Shown piece by piece: positions 36,648 through 45,986 of a stretch of DNA of 64,000 bases (positions are counted from its first letter, which is position 1; each line of letters begins with the position of its first letter). Source of the stretch: an uncultured bacterium (lineage in GTDB: Bacteria; Myxococcota_A; UBA9160; SMWR01); contig CALDCK010000066.1 of NCBI GenBank assembly GCA_937937315.1, forward strand, positions 16,684 through 80,683, written 5' to 3'. Below the pieces are notes generated by a model. The model was not told the origin of the DNA. It saw only the letters and a program-made list of their open reading frames with translations, and searched no databases. The position numbers and the translations under genes were made by a program.

Positions 36648-37370
36648 GTGATCGAAGGCTTGAACGAACTGGTCGGCCTCTCACAGCTGGACTCCCAGCT
36701 GGCCGTCCTCGAGGCGGAGCGAGCGGGGATCCCGGAGAAGCGGGCCGCCAGCGCTCAGGAGCGCGAGACCTGCGAGACGCGCCTGGCGGCTGCCAGCGAG
36801 ATCGTCGCGGAGGCGGAGCTGGCACAGCGCCGCTGCGAGACCGACGCCCAGGACAAGGAGGCGCTGCTCGCAAAGCTCGAGAGCCAGCAGCACCAGGTGA
36901 AGACCAACGAGGCCTACTCGGCACTCCTGGCCGAGATGGAGCAGGCCCGGGAGGCCATCTCTCGGGCCGAGACCGGGGTCCTCGAGGCCATGGAGGCCAT
37001 CGAGTCGGCCGGAAACGAGCTGGCGGCACTCGAGGAGCAGATCCGGGCCGTGACCGAACGCCTGGACAGCGAAGAGAAGGCCTGGGACGAGCGCGAGAGT
37101 GAGCTCGATTCCGAGATTACGTCGCTCCGGCAGCGGCGCGAGGAGCAGCTCGGCGCCCTCGATGGCGAGTTGGCCGCGCGATACGAGCGGGTGGCGTCCC
37201 GGCGGAGTCCCGCCGTGGCCGTAATCACCGGCGAGATCTGCCTCGGCTGTCGGGTCGGGATTCCGCCCCAGTCCTTCATCGAGATCCTGACGGGCGAGGC
37301 CCTGGTCTCCTGCAACCACTGCCACCGCATTCTGATCCATCGCGATCAGCTGACCGCCGCCAAGGCCTGA
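36648..37370 (+). CDS. COG1579-type coiled-coil protein with C-terminal C4 zinc ribbon
   Basis: Long coiled coil followed by CLGCRVGIPPQ...SCNHCHRIL (CxxC...CxxC). GTG start at 36648. The upstream part of the track ORF is Pro/Arg-rich junk. Confidence 0.7.
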   Translation: MIEGLNELVGLSQLDSQLAVLEAERAGIPEKRAASAQERETCETRLAAASEIVAEAELAQRRCETDAQDKEALLAKLESQQHQVKTNEAYSALLAEMEQAREAISRAETGVLEAMEAIESAGNELAALEEQIRAVTERLDSEEKAWDERESELDSEITSLRQRREEQLGALDGELAARYERVASRRSPAVAVITGEICLGCRVGIPPQSFIEILTGEALVSCNHCHRILIHRDQLTAAKA

Positions 37371-37371
37371 G

Positions 37372-37391
37372 CCCCCCGGCGCTCCGGGGGG
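37372..37391 (+). terminator. GC hairpin immediately after the zinc-ribbon gene (CCCCCCGG-cgct-CCGGGGGG)
   Basis: 8-bp perfect stem with a 4-nt loop, starting 2 nt after the TGA. No U-tract follows. Confidence 0.5.
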
Positions 37392-37638
37392 ATCCGGACC
37401 GTCCGACGGGCCAACGTGCAAAAACGCCCCAAAACGTCGGTTCAGGCGGGGGTTCTCGGGATGTCTCGGAGCGTGGAATCCGGTCCGGAAAATTTGCAAA
37501 ATCTTCTTTGATCGCAGAGAGTTGCGAGGTTCCTCCGACGGAGATTCCCGCCGCTTCGCGAGACGCGTTTCTGCTATGATGCGCGTTCGACACAACCACC
37601 GCGGCTGGGGTCCCCCCCTCCCTTCCTGCGAACGGGTC

Positions 37639-38676
37639 ATGAAGAACAACGATCGTTACTGGGATTGTCTCGACCAGGCAATGGAGGCATCCCACGGCGG
37701 GCGCACCGAAGAGGCGCTCGCGTGGCTGGATGAGGCGCTCCGCGCTCATCCCGAAGGCGCCGAGGCCCATAATGGCCGCGGCGAGATCCTCTGGGACGAG
37801 GGGCGGGTCGACGAGGCCCTGCACGAGTTCGAGCGCTCGCTGAGTGCGGACCCGAAGTTCCTCACGGCGCACCTGAATCGCGCCGAGCTACTGGTCGAGG
37901 ACCTCGGCGAGTTCGAGCAGGCCGTGCAGCTCTGTGACGAGCTGCTGGGCGGGCACCCCGAGCTCCCCCGCCTCGACCGCAGCACCGAGGGCGAGGTCTA
38001 CTACCTCAAGGCGAAGGCCGTCTTCTACATGGACGACCTGGAGGGCTCCCTCTTCCTGACGCGCCGGGCGGTGAAGACGGCGGGAGAGATCCCGATCTAC
38101 CGCGCCTTCGAGGGGCAGATCCTCTTCGAGCTCGGCCGCTACGAGGACGCGAAGCGCGCCCTGGACACGGCCGTCGCCCTGGACCCGGAAGCCGGCCATG
38201 CGCTCTACCACCTGGCGCTCGTGCTGGAGCGCCTGGCAGATCCCGAGGCGTCGTCCCTCGCCTTCGACCGGGCGAACGCCCTCGATCCGGATCACTACCC
38301 GCTGCCGACCGAGGTGGAGGAGACCTTCTTCCGCCAGGCGGTCACCGAGGCGATCATCAACCTTCCGCGCTCGATCCGGGAGTACGTCGACGACGTACCG
38401 ATCCTCGTGGAGGACTTCCCCTCCCGCGAGCTGCTGGCGCAGGAGTCGATCTCCCCCCAGATCCTCGGCCTCTACATCGGGATGCCGCGGACCGAGGCGG
38501 AGATCACCGCTCAGCCTCTGGAGCCGACCCGGGTGATCCTGTTCAAGCGCAACCTGGAGAAGGTCTGCCGCGATCGAAGCGAGCTGCTGGACCAGATCCA
38601 GATCACCGTGCGGCACGAGATCGGCCATCACCTGGGGCTCTCGGAAGAGGACATGGAGCGCCTGGGGCTGGCCTAG
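37639..38676 (+). CDS. TPR-repeat protein fused to a C-terminal zincin-like metallopeptidase domain (HExxH)
   Basis: N-terminal TPR repeats (AEAHNGRGEILWDEGRVDEALHEFERSLSADP...). The C-terminal ~120 aa ends in ITVRHEIGHHLGLSEEDMERLG, like the small 'possible zinc metallopeptidase' family. Start trimmed to ATG 37639. Confidence 0.65.
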   Translation: MKNNDRYWDCLDQAMEASHGGRTEEALAWLDEALRAHPEGAEAHNGRGEILWDEGRVDEALHEFERSLSADPKFLTAHLNRAELLVEDLGEFEQAVQLCDELLGGHPELPRLDRSTEGEVYYLKAKAVFYMDDLEGSLFLTRRAVKTAGEIPIYRAFEGQILFELGRYEDAKRALDTAVALDPEAGHALYHLALVLERLADPEASSLAFDRANALDPDHYPLPTEVEETFFRQAVTEAIINLPRSIREYVDDVPILVEDFPSRELLAQESISPQILGLYIGMPRTEAEITAQPLEPTRVILFKRNLEKVCRDRSELLDQIQITVRHEIGHHLGLSEEDMERLGLA

Positions 38677-38734
38677 CCCCGCGGAAGGCCTCGCCAGTAC
38701 CGGGCCTCTCGGGGTCTGACCTACACTGCTTCCG

Positions 38735-40171
38735 ATGTCCGACCTCATCGGGGCGCTGCACGGGATCGTCGGCGCGGAGCGCTGTCTGTCCCGGGCCGAG
38801 GAGCTCTTCGTCTACGAGTGCGACGCGCTGACCCTCGATCGGGCGACGCCGGCGGCGGTGGTCTTCCCACATTCGGCGGGAGAGGTGCAGGAGATCGTGC
38901 GCGCCTGTCGCGCCCACGACAGCTCCTTCGTGCCGCGCGGCGCAGGCACGGGCCTGTCCGGAGGAGCGACCGCTCTGGAGGGCGGCGTCGTGATCGAGTG
39001 CTCGCGAATGAATCGGATTCGGGAGGTCGACGCGCCGAACCGCTTCGCCGTCGTCGAGCCCGGAGTGGTGAACTCGGACCTTTCGAAGGCCGTGGCCCGG
39101 CACGGCCTGTTCTACGCGCCCGATCCGTCGAGCCAGCTCGCTTGCACGATCGGCGGCAACGTGGCAGAGAACTCCGGCGGCCCCCACACCCTGAAGTACG
39201 GCACCACCACCAACCACGTGCGGGCGCTCGAGGTGGTGCTCCCGGATGGCGAGCTCGTTCGCCTCGGATCGGCGACGGGCGTGCCGGCCGGCTACGACCT
39301 GGTGGGCGCCTTCGTCGGCAGCGAGGGGACCCTCGGCGTGGTGACGGCGGCCTGGGTGAATCTGGAGGAGCTGCCCGACGGGGTCGAGACGCTCCTCGCG
39401 ATCTTTCCCGACGTCGTCAGCGCATGCCGTGCCGTCGGTGGGATCATCGACGCGGGGCTGGTACCCGCGGCCCTCGAGATCGTGGACCGCCGCACGATCG
39501 AAGCCGTGGAGGCGAGCGTCTACGCCGCCGGACTGCCGACCGACGCGGGTGCGGTGCTCATCATCGAGCTCGACGGCCTGCGCGTCTCGCTGCCGCGTCA
39601 GGTGGAGCGGGTGCGCGAGATCGCCGCAGGCGAGGCTGCCTCGGGAATCGAGGTCGCGCGGGACGATGCCGAGCGTCAGCGCTTCTGGCGCGCTCGCAAG
39701 GGCGCCTTCGGGGCGATGGGTCGGCTCGCTCCGGACCTCTACGTGCACGACGCCGTCGTGCCGCGCACGGTGCTGCCCGAGGTCCTGACGGCGATCTGCG
39801 AGATCGCCGATCGCCACCGGATCAAGCTCTCCAACGTCTTCCACGCCGGCGATGGCAACCTCCACCCCAACATCTCCTTCGATCGGCGCGACGCGGACGA
39901 GCGTCGCCGGGTGGAGGCGGCGGGCGCCGAGATCCTCGAGCTGTGCGTGAAGGTGGGGGGCGTGATCACCGGGGAGCACGGCATCGGCACCGAGAAACGC
40001 GACTTCATGCCCCTGCTCTTCGGACCGGACGACCTCGACGCCATGCGTCGTCTGCGTCTGGCCTTCGATCCCGAGGGCGTCTGCAACCCCGGGAAGGTGC
40101 TCCCTACGCCCCGCTTCTGCGCCGAGGCGAACCCGCACGCCCGCGGCTACGACGCGGTGCCGATCGAATGA
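38735..40171 (+). CDS. glcD: Glycolate oxidase subunit GlcD (FAD-linked oxidase)
   Basis: FAD-binding PCMH domain (VFPHSAGEVQEIVRAC, PRGAGTGLSGGA) and the C-terminal GEHGIGTEK. It is followed by glcE and glcF with ATGA/GTGA overlaps. Confidence 0.85.
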   Translation: MSDLIGALHGIVGAERCLSRAEELFVYECDALTLDRATPAAVVFPHSAGEVQEIVRACRAHDSSFVPRGAGTGLSGGATALEGGVVIECSRMNRIREVDAPNRFAVVEPGVVNSDLSKAVARHGLFYAPDPSSQLACTIGGNVAENSGGPHTLKYGTTTNHVRALEVVLPDGELVRLGSATGVPAGYDLVGAFVGSEGTLGVVTAAWVNLEELPDGVETLLAIFPDVVSACRAVGGIIDAGLVPAALEIVDRRTIEAVEASVYAAGLPTDAGAVLIIELDGLRVSLPRQVERVREIAAGEAASGIEVARDDAERQRFWRARKGAFGAMGRLAPDLYVHDAVVPRTVLPEVLTAICEIADRHRIKLSNVFHAGDGNLHPNISFDRRDADERRRVEAAGAEILELCVKVGGVITGEHGIGTEKRDFMPLLFGPDDLDAMRRLRLAFDPEGVCNPGKVLPTPRFCAEANPHARGYDAVPIE

Positions 40172-41385
40172 GCGGCGCGGGATCCGTCGCCGCCCTCGAG
40201 CGCGAGCTCGGCGCCGATGCGCTGGAGCGTCACGCCACCCTGGAGGTCGACGACCTCGAGATCTCGGCGACGCTACGCCCCACCGACGGAGAGGCCCTGT
40301 CCCGGAGCGTCGCCGCCCTGGGCCGACTGGGGCTGGCCGGAATCGTCCGGGGTGCGGGCCGGCACCTCGCCATCGGCAATCCGCCCGAGCGCGCCGACGT
40401 CTTCCTCGCGACGGACCGACTCGGGGAGGTCGATGCCTTCGAGGCGAGTGAGGGTGTGTGCCACGCCGGATCCGGTGCCCGGATCGCCGACCTTCGGGCG
40501 GTGGTCGAGGCCGAGGGCTGGGAGCTGCCCATCGACGCTACCGACGATACCAGCCTGGGGGGTGCCTTGGCGGCGGCGGTGCTCGGTCCACGAAGCCACG
40601 GCTTCGGCGCCCCTCGCGACGCGGTGCTCGGTCTGGAGGTCGTGCTCGGAACCGGTGAGCGCGCCCGCTGCGGCGGTCGGGTCGTGAAGAACGTGACGGG
40701 CTACGACCTGGCGAAGCTCTACGTCGGATCCCTGGGGACCCTCGCCGTGATCGAAGGCGCCTGGCTGCGCCTGCGCCCTCGACCCGAGACGACGAAGCTG
40801 CTCGCGGCGACCGCTCGGGACCTCGATCAGGGCTGCACCCTCGCCCACCGCGCCTCGCGCTGCGCGACCGCTCGGGCCGTCGCGCTCTGGGGCCGGGCCG
40901 AGGGCGGCTACGAGTGCGTGGTCGAGCTGGCCGGCGACGCGGCGGGCGTGGCCCACGAGGCGGTGGGCCTGCCCCTGGAGGAGGCGCCGGCGGAGAGGCT
41001 CTCCCGTGTGGCGCAGGTCCAGACCGCCGAGGGGAGCGACGATCTCATCGTGCGACTCGCCGCGCTTCCGACCCGACTCGCGGGGATCGCCCGCGGACTG
41101 GCGGAGGCCGGTGCGGAGATCGCGGTCCATCCGGGCCTGTGTCTGGCCTACGGGCGCTTCGCCTGCGTCGACGCGGAGGAGCAGGAGCGGGCGCTCGGCG
41201 CGTCCGAGGCGATCGCCCGAAGGGGAGAGGCCGGGCTCCGCATCGAGCGCGCATCCGCCGAGTCGAAGCGAGGGCGCGACGTGTTCGCCGCCAGCCCCGC
41301 GGAGGTGCGACTCACCCGCGCCCTCAAGGCCCGGTTCGATCCACAGGGCTCCCTCGCACCGGGTCGCGCGGCGGGCCCCACGTGA
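40168..41385 (+). CDS. glcE: Glycolate oxidase FAD-binding subunit GlcE
   Basis: FAD_binding_4-type domain (IVRGAGRHLAIGNP, VKNVTGYDLAKLYVGSLGTLAVI). Its ATG overlaps the glcD stop. Confidence 0.75.
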   Translation: MSGAGSVAALERELGADALERHATLEVDDLEISATLRPTDGEALSRSVAALGRLGLAGIVRGAGRHLAIGNPPERADVFLATDRLGEVDAFEASEGVCHAGSGARIADLRAVVEAEGWELPIDATDDTSLGGALAAAVLGPRSHGFGAPRDAVLGLEVVLGTGERARCGGRVVKNVTGYDLAKLYVGSLGTLAVIEGAWLRLRPRPETTKLLAATARDLDQGCTLAHRASRCATARAVALWGRAEGGYECVVELAGDAAGVAHEAVGLPLEEAPAERLSRVAQVQTAEGSDDLIVRLAALPTRLAGIARGLAEAGAEIAVHPGLCLAYGRFACVDAEEQERALGASEAIARRGEAGLRIERASAESKRGRDVFAASPAEVRLTRALKARFDPQGSLAPGRAAGPT

Positions 41386-42731
41386 GCGCGGGCGTGGAGG
41401 ACGCGGGCAGCCGCGGCGCGGCGCCGGACGAGGACGCGCCCGAGGTCTGGATCCGTCCGGGCTGGGAGGACGTGTACCGGCGCTCTCTCGACTGCGTGCA
41501 CTGCGGCCTCTGCCTCCAGAGCTGTCCCACCTACGTCGAGACCGGGCGCGAGATCTCTTCGCCGCGCGGCCGGATCTACCTGATGCGCGGTGTCGCCGAG
41601 GGCCGAGCGCCGCTGGCCGACACCCTCGTCGACGAGGCCTTCCTGTGTCTCGGCTGCCGCGCCTGCGAGACGGCCTGTCCATCCGGGGTCCGCTACGGCG
41701 CGATGGTGGAGGGCGCCCGGCGCGAGATCGAGCGGGCCGGAATGCGCGCGGGGCTGGCGCACCGCCTCGAGCGATTCGCTCTGCGGTCGGTGGTCCCGCG
41801 CCGGGGGCGACTGCGTCTCACCTTCGACGGGCTCGCCGTCGCCCAGAAGCTCCGCCTGATCGAACTCGTCGCGCCGCTGCTTCCCCGCCGGCTTCGAGAG
41901 GCGGCGGAGCTGTTGCCGCCGGTTCCGCCGCGCGGCGAGCGGCGCCGGCTGCCCGGGCGCGTCCCCGCCGAGGGACCGGTCCGCGGTCGGGTGGGGCTTC
42001 TCAGCGGCTGCGTGATGCAGGAGCTCTTCGGCCGGATCAACGCTGCGACGGTGCGCGTGCTCGCTCGCAACGGCTTCGAGGTGATCGTCCCGCCGGCCCA
42101 GGGCTGCTGCGGGGCCCTCCAGGCCCATGCGGGGGAGGCGGACCTCGCCGCCGACCTCGCGCGCCACAATGCGCGCGTCTTCGCCGACGCGGGGGTCGAC
42201 ATGATCCTCTCGAACTCGGCGGGCTGTGGTGCGGCGATGCGCGACGCTCGGGACTGGATCTCGGAGGAGGGCGCTCTGCTCGCCGAGAGAACCCGGGACG
42301 TCTGCGAGTGGCTGGACGCCGAAGGCCTGGTCGCCCCCCTCGGCGCAGTGCCTCTGCGGGTCTGCTACGACGATCCCTGTCATCTCGTCCACGGCCAGCG
42401 CGTCGAGGCCGCGCCGCGCCGGCTCCTGGCGCGGATCCCCGGGCTCGAGCTCGTCGCGCACCAGGATCCCGGGGCGTGCTGCGGAGCGGCTGGCACCTAC
42501 AACCTGACCCACCCGTCGATGTCCCAGGCGGTGCTCGCCCGAAAGATCGCGGCGCTCTCCGAGGCCGACCCGGACGTCGTCTCCACGGGGAATCCGGGCT
42601 GTCTGATGCAGCTGCGCGCCGGGGGATCCCGGGCTGGACTCCGCGCCGAGGTGCTGCATCCGGTGGAGCTGCTCGATCGCGCCCACGCGGCGGCTCCGGC
42701 GCCTCGGCCGGGGAACGCGACCTACTCGTAG
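41382..42731 (+). CDS. glcF: Glycolate oxidase iron-sulfur subunit GlcF
   Basis: Two 4Fe-4S motifs (CVHCGLCLQSCP, CLGCRACETACP) plus two CCG domains (GCCGA..., CCGAAGTY...NPGC). Its GTG overlaps the glcE stop. Confidence 0.85.
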   Translation: MSAGVEDAGSRGAAPDEDAPEVWIRPGWEDVYRRSLDCVHCGLCLQSCPTYVETGREISSPRGRIYLMRGVAEGRAPLADTLVDEAFLCLGCRACETACPSGVRYGAMVEGARREIERAGMRAGLAHRLERFALRSVVPRRGRLRLTFDGLAVAQKLRLIELVAPLLPRRLREAAELLPPVPPRGERRRLPGRVPAEGPVRGRVGLLSGCVMQELFGRINAATVRVLARNGFEVIVPPAQGCCGALQAHAGEADLAADLARHNARVFADAGVDMILSNSAGCGAAMRDARDWISEEGALLAERTRDVCEWLDAEGLVAPLGAVPLRVCYDDPCHLVHGQRVEAAPRRLLARIPGLELVAHQDPGACCGAAGTYNLTHPSMSQAVLARKIAALSEADPDVVSTGNPGCLMQLRAGGSRAGLRAEVLHPVELLDRAHAAAPAPRPGNATYS

Positions 42732-44980
42732 AGCATCGCGTCGGGGGTGAGCTTCGGCTCGCGCAGGCGCGGGAAGGCGCCGAGGGAGAGGTCGGCGAGG
42801 GAGCCGCGAACGACGATGTCGAAGGGGAGCACCGGCTCCCGGCGTCGCACCACGCCGTAGCGCTCGGACATGCCGCGATAGGAGAAGCTCGCCTCGGCCG
42901 TCGCGCGAGAATCGACGTCGTCGGCGAGTCCCAGCTTCGCCCGCTCGAAGACGAGGTCGCGCCCGGCGTCGGGCACGACCGGATCGTCCTCGTCGAGGAG
43001 TGCGTTGCGGAAGCTCGTCTCCTCCAGGCGCGCGACGATCAGCGCGAAGCGCTCCTCGGAGACCGTCACATACGTGCGCTCGGGATCGTCGTCCTCGTCG
43101 CCGCCGGCGGCGATCGTCCGGATCTCGATTACGCGGCCGCCGATCAGGGCGACCCCGTCGGGATGGAGCTCGCTGTCGTAGGCGTCGTCGTCGAGGAGCG
43201 CGGGGTCGAGGGCCAGGCCGCGGATGCCCGCGACCTCCGGGTTCTCCTCGAGGAAGCCCCGGGTGAGGACGATCTCGTGGGGCGTCCGCTCCTCGATCTC
43301 CTTGCGCGCGAGCCGGCCCGCTTCGTCGCCGGCCTCGGTCTTCGGGAACTTGCGGGTCACGCCCATCAGCAGGGCCTGGCGCATGTCTCGACGCTCTTCC
43401 TGGATCGCGACCTGGAGCGCCTGCCGCGCCGCCTGCTCGCGCAGATCCTGAAGGTCCCCGGGCTCGACGCCGGGTCGGCTCTCGGCGACCCGGAGGGCGC
43501 CCACGAAGTTGCGCCGATCCCGCTCGTAGTCCTCGAGCCAGTCCCGCACCGTGTCGGCTCGCTCGCCCCTCGTCTCCAGCGCGAGGACCCGGCGCGCCTG
43601 CACCGCCGTCGCCTTCGCCGTAGCCGGCGGGGGCATCCAGGGAAACTGGATCACGCGGAGGGGCAGGGTCACGATGGACTGGATGATCGAGGGCAGCCCG
43701 AGCACGCCTTCGAGTACGCCCACCAGGCTGAAGCTTCGCTCTGCGTAGGCGGCGGGACCCAGGAAGACCCAGGCGGTGCGCGCCCGGCGGTCGCGCGTTC
43801 GCGCCTCGACGAAGGTGTCGTAGGGGTTGCGTACCGGGTCGGCCAGCAGAGCCTGGGCGTGCCGGACCATGTTGTCCCGGTCACCATCGCCCTCGGCGAT
43901 CCGTCGGAGCTCGTTCCAGGCGGCGTCGGGATTCGTCGACCCGAGTCCGACGGCCTCGACGAAAGGAGCCTCGGAGGCGAGCTCGCCCCCGGGCGGAACC
44001 GCATGGACGGCCCGCTCCAGGTCGGTCCGGGGATCGAAGAGGGCGAGGGCCAGGCCGCGCGATTGGGGCGGCGTCAGGCGGTGACCCGGCGGCAGCGCGA
44101 AGCGCAGGCTCTCGCGCTGATCCCGGCGAATCACATGGATCCTTTCTGCGGCTTCGTTGCGCACGCGCTCGGCCCGCTTCTCGCCGGCCTCGGGAGCGTG
44201 GCGCATGGCGCGGTCGGCGAGGACCAGGGCCTCGCGGGGCTGCCCCTGGTCGAGGGCGCGCTCCGCGTCGCGCAGGGTGCGCGCCAGGCGCGTCCGGCTC
44301 CAGCGCCGCTGGGCCTCCGCAGCGCGGGCTTTGACCTCGGCGTGTCGGGGGTCGTCCGGGTAGCGCGCCAGGAACTTCTTCCAGTGGGCGAGGGCCTGGC
44401 GCCGGCGAACCGGCAGCGGATCGGCCTTGTAGAGGTCGATGCCGTAGCGCAGCGTCGAGCGCGCGATCCGGATGGGGGCGAGGGCCGTGGCCAGGATCGA
44501 CTGGCCGATGGGCTCGGCGATGGTGTTGAAGAGCTTCGCGAAGGAGCTGAAGCGCGCCTCGCGCACCCGGGCGTCGGCGATCTCGAGAGGATCCGCTTCG
44601 TTGGCGCGTTCGATGCGCTCGCGCAGCGCGGGATCGAGGTCCGGGCGGTCGAGGAGCTCGAGGCTCGCATCGTGGTAGGCGCGACCCGGGCTCGCGACGG
44701 CGTTGAGCAGATCGCGCGCGGCGGGCTCGAGACCGGTGGGCCCCTCGGGTCGGGCGTCGTCGAAGGCCTCGATGGTCGCCGCCGCCCGAGCCGTTCCCTC
44801 CACATCCCCCACGAGAGCGGCCGCGGCCGCATCCGCAGCGGCGACGTCCGCGTCGTCGGGCACGATCGGAGCGAGACGCACCTCGGTCCGGATCGGCTGG
44901 CCGGCGGGCGGCGCCGCCGGCGTGGTGCAGCCCCAGAGCAGGGCGACCGCGCAGAGCAGGGTTCCTCGGCGCGTCGTCAC
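42722..44980 (-). CDS. Large lipoprotein of unknown function (752 aa)
   Basis: Lipobox LLWGC. Composition is protein-like and mostly helical, with Arg/Glu/Ala-rich N-terminal two-thirds. One hydrophobic stretch is present (VFLGPAAYAERSFSLVGVLEGVLGLPSIIQSIVTLPL). No domain recognised. Its start overlaps the stop of the upstream lipoprotein gene by 4 nt. Confidence 0.6.
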   Translation of the reverse strand: MTTRRGTLLCAVALLWGCTTPAAPPAGQPIRTEVRLAPIVPDDADVAAADAAAAALVGDVEGTARAAATIEAFDDARPEGPTGLEPAARDLLNAVASPGRAYHDASLELLDRPDLDPALRERIERANEADPLEIADARVREARFSSFAKLFNTIAEPIGQSILATALAPIRIARSTLRYGIDLYKADPLPVRRRQALAHWKKFLARYPDDPRHAEVKARAAEAQRRWSRTRLARTLRDAERALDQGQPREALVLADRAMRHAPEAGEKRAERVRNEAAERIHVIRRDQRESLRFALPPGHRLTPPQSRGLALALFDPRTDLERAVHAVPPGGELASEAPFVEAVGLGSTNPDAAWNELRRIAEGDGDRDNMVRHAQALLADPVRNPYDTFVEARTRDRRARTAWVFLGPAAYAERSFSLVGVLEGVLGLPSIIQSIVTLPLRVIQFPWMPPPATAKATAVQARRVLALETRGERADTVRDWLEDYERDRRNFVGALRVAESRPGVEPGDLQDLREQAARQALQVAIQEERRDMRQALLMGVTRKFPKTEAGDEAGRLARKEIEERTPHEIVLTRGFLEENPEVAGIRGLALDPALLDDDAYDSELHPDGVALIGGRVIEIRTIAAGGDEDDDPERTYVTVSEERFALIVARLEETSFRNALLDEDDPVVPDAGRDLVFERAKLGLADDVDSRATAEASFSYRGMSERYGVVRRREPVLPFDIVVRGSLADLSLGAFPRLREPKLTPDAMLYE

Positions 44981-45957
44981 GGCGTGAACCGATCGCGGTC
45001 GACGCTCAGGGCGAAGGCGAGGAAGGCCTCGAGGCGTCGCGAAGCCTCGATCTTCTCGGTGGTTCCGTCGCGCGCCGCGACCATCTCGTAGAGACGCGCA
45101 CTCGAATCGACCAGGTCGCGAAACTCCGCGGGATCGAAGTCGAGGGACTCGGGAGGAAAGCGATCGACGTACTCGGCGGAGATCGTGGCGTAGAGGTTCG
45201 CCAGGTCGAGGAGGTGGCGGGGGTAGCGCTTGCTCTCGGCGTGCAGCGTGACCACGCGTTCGAGCTCGGCGGCCGCGCGCACGTCGCCGTCGATGAGCAG
45301 CGAACGGACGCGTACGAAGTAGTGCGCGCGCTCTACATCGTTGCGCTCGATCTCCTCGCGCACGATCACCGCCTGGTGAGAGCCCGCTGCGGCGATCGAG
45401 AGGGTCTCCAGCATCGCGGCGCGGTCCTCGAAGCGGGCGAGGGCCAGGGCCGGCGCGGGGATCTCCAGAAGGTCGGTCTCCTGGGTCGCCATCGGCACCG
45501 GTTCGACGTCGGTGTCGCGCGCGCGTTGGAGATCGTCGCAGAGCTCCGCGCTGCGCAGGGCCTCATCGGCGAGGGTGGCCTCCCGCTCGGCCGCGAGGCG
45601 GTAGGCCTCGGCCGCCAGGGCGTAGGCGCGCAGCCGCTCGAGTGCTCGGGCCTTGCCGAAGGCGATGACGCCATCCATATGGCCCGCACGCAGGGCGTTC
45701 GCATGGATCTGCTCCAGGTTCTCGAGACGCAGGAGCGAGCTCCGGTACACGTTCCGCCCGGTGAAGTCCCGCGCGGGCGGGAAGCGGTAGGTGTCGTCGG
45801 GCACGTGACGCTGGAGCACGGCCAGGACTTCCAGCACGCTCTCCGAGGGCCGGTAGCGCGGGTCGATCTCCGGCTTGCTCGCGCAGCCCGCCGCGACGAG
45901 GGCGCTGGCCGAGAGTGCCGCCAGCGCGAGGTCGGCCACCCGGGAATGGAGGCGCAT
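44977..45957 (-). CDS. Lipoprotein of unknown function (326 aa)
   Basis: Lipobox LVAAGC. The protein is all-helical, possibly TPR-like. It is translationally coupled to the 752-aa lipoprotein gene and begins 30 nt downstream of cimA. Confidence 0.6.
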   Translation of the reverse strand: MRLHSRVADLALAALSASALVAAGCASKPEIDPRYRPSESVLEVLAVLQRHVPDDTYRFPPARDFTGRNVYRSSLLRLENLEQIHANALRAGHMDGVIAFGKARALERLRAYALAAEAYRLAAEREATLADEALRSAELCDDLQRARDTDVEPVPMATQETDLLEIPAPALALARFEDRAAMLETLSIAAAGSHQAVIVREEIERNDVERAHYFVRVRSLLIDGDVRAAAELERVVTLHAESKRYPRHLLDLANLYATISAEYVDRFPPESLDFDPAEFRDLVDSSARLYEMVAARDGTTEKIEASRRLEAFLAFALSVDRDRFTP

Positions 45958-45986
45958 CGCGCCAGGGTATCGCAGCGCTGCCGCCC

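Noticed and set aside
37463-37500. AT-rich 'tggaatccggtccggaaaatttgcaaaa' as a sigma-54 or sigma-70 promoter
   Set aside because: The GG-to-GC spacing does not fit -24/-12 in any register. TTGCAA has no acceptable -10 at 16-18 nt. This leaves only an unscored possibility.
41006-45091. 1361-aa plus-strand ORF. Similar giants occur at 18082..20832(-), 52198..55794(-), 27450..30209(-), 38818..41385(+) and 49334..51124(-)
   Set aside because: These have low-complexity Arg/Gly/Pro/Ala composition. They lie off-frame of or antisense to genes with clear family motifs (glcF, the lipoproteins, the PQQ dehydrogenase, sppA, the thiolase-like gene and the SDRs). Only the sub-segments listed as features are real.
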